Origin: Bacteroidales bacterium
GTDB lineage: Bacteria; Bacteroidota; Bacteroidia; Bacteroidales; UBA12077
Reading direction: 5' to 3'
Assembly: GCA_028282585.1 (NCBI GenBank)
Contig: JANQHR010000053.1
Coordinates: 1-23,558 of the forward strand
Length of the DNA stretch: 23,558 nt
Under the pieces are notes generated by a model, which worked only from the letters and a program-made list of their open reading frames with translations, ran no database searches and was not told the origin of the DNA. This document shows, one piece after another, positions 16,354 through 23,558 of this stretch (its first letter is position 1; each line of letters begins with the position of its first letter). The position numbers and the translations under genes are program-made.

Positions 16354-17433
16354 TTACTTTGGAACTTTGATTTTATCCTCTTCTGCTATCCCTGATAAAA
16401 CCTCTATATTTATTCCATCGGATAAACCAACTTCAACAACTCGCTTTTCATAAATTTGAGGCCCGCTTTCAATTTCTACAAAAACAGAATCATTCTCAAA
16501 TACCAAAAGGCTTTCCTCAACAGCCAATACACTATCCTTTCTTGCAAGAACAATATCAGCGTTTGCACTATATCCGGCACGTACAAAAAAATCTTCTTTT
16601 AATTCAACCGCCGCTTTTATTTCAAACTGAATGGCTCCGTTTTCTTCTATCCCTTTAGGCGAAATATATTCTAAATATGCATTAAACTGCGTTTCTTCTA
16701 TGGCTCCAATGGTAAGTAAAAGATTCATTCCTGTCCTTATTTTACCAACTTCGGTTTCATCAACTTTACCTTCAAAAATCATTTCTCCCATATCAGCAAC
16801 AACTGCAATAGTAGTTCCATCATTAAAAGTGTTGCTTTCAATTACCGAATTTCCCTGCTCAACAGGAACATCTAAAACCATTCCTTCAATAGTTGAGCGA
16901 ATCAATGTATTCGATGAAGCCTCAGAATCTTTAGTAACACCTTCCTTTATTAATTGCAGATTATTTTCTGCTGCATTTAATTCTGATTTAGCTCTATTTA
17001 AAGAAATTTCATACTCCTGAAATTCTGCAGCCGGTATAACACCTTCATCAAAAATTTTCTTTTGTCTTTCGTGAACCCTTTGGGCATCTTCATAGTCGAT
17101 CCTGGCCTGGTCTAACCGAGCCTCTGCATTATTTAGGTTAATCATATTTGGAATGATCCTTACCTTGGCTATTAAATCTCCATTTTTAACTATATCTCCG
17201 GGCTCAAGGTATATTTCTTCAATTATACCTGAAACTTGTGGTTTAATTTCAATTTCTTTTCGTGGAACCACTGAACCTGTTGCTACGGTTTTCTTTACAA
17301 TATCAGTTACAAAAGCTGTTTTGGTTTCATAAACAACCGGTTTTGGTTTGGATTTTTGATATAAATAATAAATTGTAGCACCGAATATTCCAACTATAAT
17401 TGTAATTAGTGTAATTCTTAAAACTTTCTTCAT
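16354..17433 (-). CDS. Efflux periplasmic adaptor (MacA/HlyD-like membrane fusion protein)
   Basis: N-terminal anchor, ATGSVVP...IKPQVSGII..I...PGD.V..GD lipoyl half-motif, an alpha-hairpin, IRSTIEGMV and VDETEVGKI. Confidence 0.9.
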   Translation of the reverse strand: MKKVLRITLITIIVGIFGATIYYLYQKSKPKPVVYETKTAFVTDIVKKTVATGSVVPRKEIEIKPQVSGIIEEIYLEPGDIVKNGDLIAKVRIIPNMINLNNAEARLDQARIDYEDAQRVHERQKKIFDEGVIPAAEFQEYEISLNRAKSELNAAENNLQLIKEGVTKDSEASSNTLIRSTIEGMVLDVPVEQGNSVIESNTFNDGTTIAVVADMGEMIFEGKVDETEVGKIRTGMNLLLTIGAIEETQFNAYLEYISPKGIEENGAIQFEIKAAVELKEDFFVRAGYSANADIVLARKDSVLAVEESLLVFENDSVFVEIESGPQIYEKRVVEVGLSDGINIEVLSGIAEEDKIKVPK

Positions 17434-17451
17434 TTTATTTAAACATTTAAA

Positions 17452-18711
17452 TTATTCACTTCTAAGAGCATCTATGGGTTTAACATTAATTGCTCTTTTT
17501 GCAGGTACAAATCCTGCAAAAGCTCCTGTAATTATTAATATTATTAATGCTGTTATCGCTATTTGAAAATTTACCTCAGGATTTCTAAACATATTGGATT
17601 CGACTTCGAATTTTATCAAAGCAAAGTTTACTAATTCTATTAACCCAATTCCGATTACCAATCCGATATATCCTGCAAATGAGGTTAAGAATACAGATTC
17701 AGTAATAATCTGGCTTACAATTTTGACCGGTGTCGCTCCAATTGCTCGTTGAATACCAATTTCTTTTGTTCGTTCTTTAACTATTACCAGCATAATGTTA
17801 CTAACTCCTATGACACCGGCAAGTAACGTCCCGATTCCAACCACCCAAATCAATCCGTCAATTCCCATAAAAACGCCTTTCATTTGCTTAAATTCCTTTT
17901 CAACATTAAAATGCCCAATCGCCTGATCATCTTCGGGAGCAATCTTGTGTCTTTGTTTTAATATCCTGATTACTTTATCTTCAATTTTTGAAACGGAAAT
18001 ATGGTCCTCTGCTGTTATTGCATAAACTCCAACCATATCACCATAGTTATATGTTTTTTGTAATGTTGTAAATGGCATAAAAATAACCTGATTATCTCTT
18101 TCAGCTTGCTCTCCGGACTTTTTAGAAGAAAAAATTCCAACGACCTTGAAATATACGCCTTGAATTCTTATATATTCTCCAATTGGGTTTTCGTCGGGAT
18201 TAAACAATGATTCTTGCACTCTTGTACCAATAACAACTATTTTTCTTTTCTGCTCAATGTCTTTATCATTTATAAAACGTCCGGTCTCAATATTAACAGG
18301 GTCGATCAGGTTCATATCAGGATAATCTCCAAGTATTTGAAAAGCTCCTGAGTTTAGTCCTCGTATTACATTGTCTCCGGCAAAACTTGCACCGCGTAAA
18401 CGTGGTGCCAAATATTTGATCCCCGATACAGTTTGTTTAATTGCTCTAGTATCATCATTGTTGTAATTAAAAAAACGTCCCTTGGTAAATCCTTTGTATT
18501 CAACAGTAGTTCTTTGAGCCCAAATAAATACGCTATTTGTGGCAAAATCCCCAAAACCTTGAGTAACTCCGTTTTGAAGTCCCTGGCCTGAACCTAGCAT
18601 TACAATTAACATAAAAATTCCCCAGAATACTCCAAAAGCAGTTAAAAAGCTCCTTAACTTATTTTGTTTCAGAGAATAAAATATTTCTTGCCATTTATCT
18701 AAATCAAACAT
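17452..18711 (-). CDS. ABC transporter permease (MacB/FtsX-like)
   Basis: NKLRSFLTAFGVFWGIFML, a periplasmic domain, GVSNIMLVIVKERTKEIGIQRAIGA and PAKRAINVKPIDALRSE. Confidence 0.92.
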   Translation of the reverse strand: MFDLDKWQEIFYSLKQNKLRSFLTAFGVFWGIFMLIVMLGSGQGLQNGVTQGFGDFATNSVFIWAQRTTVEYKGFTKGRFFNYNNDDTRAIKQTVSGIKYLAPRLRGASFAGDNVIRGLNSGAFQILGDYPDMNLIDPVNIETGRFINDKDIEQKRKIVVIGTRVQESLFNPDENPIGEYIRIQGVYFKVVGIFSSKKSGEQAERDNQVIFMPFTTLQKTYNYGDMVGVYAITAEDHISVSKIEDKVIRILKQRHKIAPEDDQAIGHFNVEKEFKQMKGVFMGIDGLIWVVGIGTLLAGVIGVSNIMLVIVKERTKEIGIQRAIGATPVKIVSQIITESVFLTSFAGYIGLVIGIGLIELVNFALIKFEVESNMFRNPEVNFQIAITALIILIITGAFAGFVPAKRAINVKPIDALRSE

Positions 18712-18722
18712 AAATCATTCTT

Positions 18723-19964
18723 TTATTCATCTCGTAAAGCCTCTATAGGCCTAATATTAGCAGCTTTAATTGCGGGAAACATCCCTGCAAATGTTCCCGA
18801 GAATATTAATAATATTGTTGCACTAATAGCAACTCTCAAATCTGCCTGCGGATTAACGAAAAATTCGATAGGAGGTAATGCCCGCGATAATAACTCCATT
18901 AATCCAATACCTAAAACCAGTCCGACATAACCGGCAAATGCAGTAATTAAAATCGATTCTGTAATAATTGTACTTACTATGGAATATGGTGTAGCTCCTA
19001 TTGCCTTTCTTACACCGATTTCTTTTGTCCGTTCTTTTACAACAATTATCATAATATTACTAACACCAACAATACCTGCAATAATGGTTCCGATCCCGAC
19101 TATCCAAACAAATAACCTGATTCCTGCAAAAAGATCCATAGTTCTTTTATAATCTTCCGCTTTGTTCCAAATGTTGATAGCACGCCTGTCTTCTACATCA
19201 AATTTATGTACTGCTGAAAATTGTTTTCGTATTTGTTCCACCATTTTCTCAACCTCATCGAGCGTCTGATCACCGGTTGTCAGCGATATTTGATTAATTT
19301 CATTATCACCCATAAATACCCTTTGTGCAGTATAAATTGGAATATAGACTCTTCTTTGCTCATCCTCGGGACCTTCATCTGAAAAAATTCCTACAACCTT
19401 AAAAGGTACACCACTAATTTTTATATATGAGCCAACAGCCTTTTCTTTGTCACCATTTTTGAACAAAGCATCGTGAACTATGGTGCTAATTGCAACCACT
19501 TTTCTATACTTTTGTACATCAATCTCGTTTAAAAATCTCCCTTCTACAATTTGCACATCTTTTATAATTGCATAACTGGGATGGCAAGGACTTATGGTAA
19601 AATTACCGTATTCGTTTTTATATGAAATCGTATTATTTATATCAAACCATGAGCGAGCAGAGATAACATCTATTCCATCTATTGTGGTTTTAACTCTTTC
19701 GTAATCTTCATTCGTAAATTTAATATCTCTTCCCGGTTTGTAACCCTGAAAAGGTATTGTAGTTCTTCCCGCACTAATCCAGATTCCGTTATTTACAGAT
19801 CCTTTAAATTGATTTCTTACACCATTTTCCAAACCTTTTCCGGATCCTAACAGAATGATTAACATAAATATTCCCCAAGCCACACTGAATCCGGTTAGAA
19901 AAGTACGCAACCTGTTTTTCTTAATGGTTGCAAATATTTCTTGCCATTTATCTAAATCAAACAT
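18723..19964 (-). CDS. ABC transporter permease (MacB/FtsX-like)
   Basis: NRLRTFLTGFSVAWGIFML, GVSNIMIIVVKERTKEIGVRKAIGA and IRPIEALRDE. Start placed at ATG 19964 (MFDLDKWQEIF, same as the paralog), overlapping the ATPase gene by 8 nt. Confidence 0.92.
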   Translation of the reverse strand: MFDLDKWQEIFATIKKNRLRTFLTGFSVAWGIFMLIILLGSGKGLENGVRNQFKGSVNNGIWISAGRTTIPFQGYKPGRDIKFTNEDYERVKTTIDGIDVISARSWFDINNTISYKNEYGNFTISPCHPSYAIIKDVQIVEGRFLNEIDVQKYRKVVAISTIVHDALFKNGDKEKAVGSYIKISGVPFKVVGIFSDEGPEDEQRRVYIPIYTAQRVFMGDNEINQISLTTGDQTLDEVEKMVEQIRKQFSAVHKFDVEDRRAINIWNKAEDYKRTMDLFAGIRLFVWIVGIGTIIAGIVGVSNIMIIVVKERTKEIGVRKAIGATPYSIVSTIITESILITAFAGYVGLVLGIGLMELLSRALPPIEFFVNPQADLRVAISATILLIFSGTFAGMFPAIKAANIRPIEALRDE

Positions 19965-20649
19965 AAGACATCTCTTTTCTAATATGCTCAGACTCAATAA
20001 TACCGTCTTTTAAGTAAATAATCCGGTCTGTTTTTTCCGATATATCTTTTTCGTGTGTAACAATAATCATGGTTATACCCGTTTTATTGATTTCACGAAA
20101 AAGGTCCATTACCTCAATTGATGTTGCAGAATCCAAAGCTCCGGTTGGCTCATCTGCAAGAATTACTTTTGGCTTACTTATCATTGCCCTGGCAATAGCT
20201 ACTCTCTGCTTTTGCCCTCCTGATAATTCATTTGGCATATGTTCTGCCCATTCTCTGAGTCCCATTCGGTCAAGATATTCCAAGGCTATTTTATTTCTCT
20301 TCTTTCTGCTTATGCCTTGATAATAAAGCGGTAATGCAACATTTTCCATTGCATTTTTGAATGTTATAAGATTAAATGACTGAAAAACAAATCCAAGCAT
20401 ATTATTTCTGTAATGAGCCGCTTTTTTTTCCGATAAATTACTGATTAAGGTATTATTTAATTTATAAGAACCTTTATCATAAGAATCTAATATTCCAAGA
20501 ATATTTAGTAAAGTAGATTTACCGGATCCTGAAGAACCCATTATTGATACTAACTCTCCTTGCTCTATTTTCAAATCCAATCCCTTTAGCACATGTAATT
20601 CGTTATTACCTGTGAAATATGATTTATGTAAGCCTTGTAATTCTAACAT
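19957..20649 (-). CDS. ABC transporter ATP-binding protein (MacB/LolD-like)
   Basis: GSSGSGKST, GFVFQSFNL, LSGGQKQRVAIARA, ILADEPTGALD and VTHE. Confidence 0.94.
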   Translation of the reverse strand: MLELQGLHKSYFTGNNELHVLKGLDLKIEQGELVSIMGSSGSGKSTLLNILGILDSYDKGSYKLNNTLISNLSEKKAAHYRNNMLGFVFQSFNLITFKNAMENVALPLYYQGISRKKRNKIALEYLDRMGLREWAEHMPNELSGGQKQRVAIARAMISKPKVILADEPTGALDSATSIEVMDLFREINKTGITMIIVTHEKDISEKTDRIIYLKDGIIESEHIRKEMSYV

Positions 20650-21023
20650 ATATATTTTGATTATTGAGTATCATACCGAGCTTATCAACATTTATACCAA
20701 ACCATATATATTGTTAATATTCTTAACTTTAATAAATTTATCACCTGAACAGTCAAATACAAAATGCACGTATTTGTACATGACCTGTTCTATATCGTGC
20801 ATATGGCGCATTAAGTTTTGTTCTTGAAATTTATGCTTCCCTGTAAAAATCTTCTGTTAACTTTACTGCAGATTGCTTTCAAGGTTCATAATCGCCAGGT
20901 GAAAACCAAAACAAACATAGTTATCGTCAGCAAACCACTAAACACCTTTATACAGACTAACCTGTTGTTAAATACTGTGCACAGATACTACGTTGCTTGT
21001 AAAACTGGTAAAAACTTATCCTT

Positions 21024-21065
21024 AAAAAACAAGTGCATTTACATTGAAGAATTGCAAATGCACTT
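21024..21065 (-). terminator. Intrinsic terminator after the T9SS cargo gene
   Basis: Minus strand reads AAGTGCATTTGCA...TGTAAATGCACTT followed by GTTTTTT, 35 nt after the stop. Confidence 0.7.
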
Positions 21066-21100
21066 ATGTATTTTATAAATTAAATGGCTTTACTTTTTAT

Positions 21101-22921
21101 TTAATGTTGAATAAGAATTTGTTTACCATATTTTTTGCCATTATAGATCACTTGAAGTTGATAAATTCCATTTGGCAGGTTACTTACATTAATATCAAAT
21201 TTATTTTGATATGTTATATTGCTATATACAAGTGTTTGCATTTTGTTAAATAACCTAACATTAATTTTTTGTTTATCATTATTTCCAAAAACATCAATAC
21301 TTTCATTATCAATCAGTTCAACTTTAATAATATCTGATGCAGGATTTGGTGATATCATTAATCCTGTCTCTAAAGAAAGAGGAGTTATACCTCCACTGCA
21401 ATCCGTATCAATTTGCTTTGTATAATAAGAAGAGACACCACAGGCATTTTCGCCCCTTACATAAACTATAAATCCATGAGGGCCATCTATTGGATCGACA
21501 AATATAGTACCTGAAGGCCCGGTATATGTATTTGTGCCTGATACAGGAACAACAATTTCTCCTCCAGAAATAATCCACTTATATGTACTAGCTCCTGAGA
21601 CTAAATTTACATTTATTTCACCAACTGTGCATCCAAAAACCGGGTGTATTAAACTTGTTGGTGTTTCAGGTACACCTAACCAAACGTACTTTTTTTCAAG
21701 TTCTAAAACCCTTGCATTCGGTGCAATAATATTAGCTCCAATCCAGCCAGAGCCATCTGATATCTTAACAAAAGTGGCAGATGAACCAGATGAAGATTGT
21801 TTATTTAAATGAGAGCTACTGCTCCATGAAACAGTATAACCGGATAACAGGTCTTGAATTGTATACGTATAGCTTCCGGAACATACAGTAGAAGAACCGG
21901 TAATTTCGGGCAAAGGAAGTGTGGTTACCTGGGCATTATCGCTTCTGTCTGACGGGCCAACATTACTTAAGGCAATAACGTTAAAATTGTAGGCAGTGTT
22001 TGGGCCCAAACCTTCAATTTTGTATGAATTGCTTGTAATAGGTGAACTATTTAACTTGGTGTTTGCTGAGCCTGAAACTCGATACACATTATAACCGGTT
22101 GCTCCTGCCGAATGTAACCAGAATAAAGTTGCATCTATATATGTTATGTTGGAAAAAACCAGGCCAGCAGGTTTTGGTGGCGCAGTGGTCGCAGACTTTT
22201 CCGAAGCCTTTGCGTTTCCAACCAGATCATAAGCCGTTACACGTGCCTTATAGTTTGTATTTGAGTTAAGATCTTTGAATGTGTAATAATTATCATCAGT
22301 AACTTTTTTCGTTACCGTTTTTTTAATTGTTCCATTAGGATTTATTATCTCCAACTTGTATGTTTTTATACCACCAATACCTGCCGATTGGTTCCTTGTA
22401 GTATATATATTGGAACGTTCATCCCAACTGTACCATGAAGTAATAAATATTGTTGTACTGGTTTGGCTAACACTAAATGTTGGGGCTAAAGGAGGAGAAT
22501 TATCAACAATAATAATCTGGGAACTATAATTAAACTGATGTTCATCGCCGTCTTTATCTTTTGCATCAAAGTACAAATCCATTATAAAGTCGCAATCGCA
22601 AGTACCTGCCGGTACTTTAATAGTTAGAAGGAAATTTTTTGATTGAGAAGGAAACAATTTCAGGCTATTATTATCGATGCTAACCCACGAAGAAATATCC
22701 GCTCCCAATGAATTTTTATCGATAGAAACTGTAGTTGTATCTGATGTATTGTTTGTTACTTCAATTTGAAACTGATGACTACCTCCTGCTTTAATCGGCG
22801 GAAGATAGTGTCCAAAAGCATCTGTTGTTGGAATTTCTACTGTAAAATCCTGCGCTTGAATAATATTGTGTGTTATTAATAAAAATAGCAAAACACACAA
22901 ACAGTTAATGAGTTTTCTCAT
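21101..22921 (-). CDS. T9SS-secreted protein with Ig-like and fibronectin type III domains
   Basis: Signal peptide (IQA-Q). FN3 signatures DLNSNTNYKARVTAYDLVGN and GLGPNTAYNFNVIA. Type A CTD ISPNPASD...INVSNLPNGIYQLQV...KQILIQH. Confidence 0.88.
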   Translation of the reverse strand: MRKLINCLCVLLFLLITHNIIQAQDFTVEIPTTDAFGHYLPPIKAGGSHQFQIEVTNNTSDTTTVSIDKNSLGADISSWVSIDNNSLKLFPSQSKNFLLTIKVPAGTCDCDFIMDLYFDAKDKDGDEHQFNYSSQIIIVDNSPPLAPTFSVSQTSTTIFITSWYSWDERSNIYTTRNQSAGIGGIKTYKLEIINPNGTIKKTVTKKVTDDNYYTFKDLNSNTNYKARVTAYDLVGNAKASEKSATTAPPKPAGLVFSNITYIDATLFWLHSAGATGYNVYRVSGSANTKLNSSPITSNSYKIEGLGPNTAYNFNVIALSNVGPSDRSDNAQVTTLPLPEITGSSTVCSGSYTYTIQDLLSGYTVSWSSSSHLNKQSSSGSSATFVKISDGSGWIGANIIAPNARVLELEKKYVWLGVPETPTSLIHPVFGCTVGEINVNLVSGASTYKWIISGGEIVVPVSGTNTYTGPSGTIFVDPIDGPHGFIVYVRGENACGVSSYYTKQIDTDCSGGITPLSLETGLMISPNPASDIIKVELIDNESIDVFGNNDKQKINVRLFNKMQTLVYSNITYQNKFDINVSNLPNGIYQLQVIYNGKKYGKQILIQH

Positions 22922-22970
22922 AATCTTTTTGTTTTAATTAGTTTAAAATTTTAATGAATATTATTAAATA

Positions 22971-23558
22971 TTAATCTGTTTCTTTTATTAATCTTACAGA
23001 ATAACCATTCTGTTTGAAATTGGTGGCTTTATAAACAATAGTCGTATTTCTGTGTAGGTACAAAAAACCAGCTTTTTCGTTATCATATTCCGATGAAGTC
23101 CACAGTGCGTTATAAGAACCAATTCTAGATGAACTCTCCGATAAATAACGCCAACCATTAGGTATAGCTGTAAAACCACTACTGTTATTTGATATGACAG
23201 GAGCTCTCCAATGATAATCTCTAACCTCCTTTAGATGTTTAGAAGCTATGGTATCACCACCCAAATAATCAATAAGTTCCAGCCAATCGTTAATGGTTGG
23301 AACACGCCAACCTTCTGGCGCTAATTTTTGGATATCTGCAACCGCGTACCAATTGTAAAGCCTGCCATAGGTTGCAATGGTATCTAAATCTTTGGTATTG
23401 TTATAATTGCAGTATGCACCTGTTGTTAAGGCAGCCCATTCTTCGTTATCGGTAACATCAGGTATGGCAGTATCGTTGCGGTAATGCGTTACTCTGAGGT
23501 TTTCGGCCATCCAGGTTTGGTTGCCTATTACAATGGTTTTGTAAATGTTTCCGTCCAC
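22971..23558 (-). CDS. Fibrobacter succinogenes major paralogous (FISUMP) domain protein, 5' end outside the window
   Basis: DGNIYKT..IGNQTWMAENL, YGRLYNWYAV, PEGWRVPT..DW, SGFTAIPNG, WTSS and GYSVR motifs. The ORF runs to the window edge. Confidence 0.88.
   Translation of the reverse strand: MDGNIYKTIVIGNQTWMAENLRVTHYRNDTAIPDVTDNEEWAALTTGAYCNYNNTKDLDTIATYGRLYNWYAVADIQKLAPEGWRVPTINDWLELIDYLGGDTIASKHLKEVRDYHWRAPVISNNSSGFTAIPNGWRYLSESSSRIGSYNALWTSSEYDNEKAGFLYLHRNTTIVYKATNFKQNGYSVRLIKETD

Noticed and set aside
16354-20649. MacAB-like operon as the exporter of the GG peptide
   Set aside because: It has no C39 peptidase domain, lies about 10 kb away beyond housekeeping genes, and this operon type is widespread in Bacteroidota.
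20612-21253. Plus-strand ORFs 20612-20827, 20818-21078 and 21044-21253
   Set aside because: Non-ATG starts, overlap with real genes or a terminator, and composition typical of translated AT-rich non-coding DNA.
3136-23179. Other short ORFs in the track nested in larger genes (e.g. 3136-3336, 5554-5910, 7400-7648, 9735-9926, 9919-10104, 11406-11591, 15783-16058, 16631-17020, 18366-18554, 20069-20320, 21219-21425, 21534-21812, 22042-22269, 22994-23179)
   Set aside because: All lie wholly inside confidently assigned CDSs, on the opposite strand or in an alternate frame, and lack protein-like features.

Overview
AT-rich Bacteroidota (probably Bacteroidales-type) chromosomal segment, judged from TAnnTTTG promoter boxes, a T9SS C-terminal sorting domain and the gene families present. 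Most of the window is recognisable: an M64 metallopeptidase, an MscS channel, a small secreted YxYQA-repeat protein, two orphan histidine kinases, rlmB, a GWxTD lipoprotein, an ABC-F ATPase, rlmD, a membrane PP2C/SpoIIE phosphatase, an alanine/glycine:cation symporter, a MacAB-like four-gene efflux operon, a T9SS-secreted FN3 protein and a partial FISUMP-domain gene. The most interesting part is the gap 6203-7146, which the ORF track leaves empty. It holds an intact 51-aa double-glycine-leader peptide gene whose core has two CxNGxC motifs, with an H-type RNA pseudoknot in its 5' leader. A decayed paralogous precursor follows it. Upstream lies what looks like a collapsed remnant of the C39/VKOR/thioredoxin-type maturation gene, so this reads as a partly eroded RiPP/bacteriocin-like locus directly behind a TPR sensor kinase. 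A second highlight is a soluble histidine kinase carrying a 49-aa tandem repeat under clear purifying selection. Family assignments come from motif recognition and memory; no database search was run.
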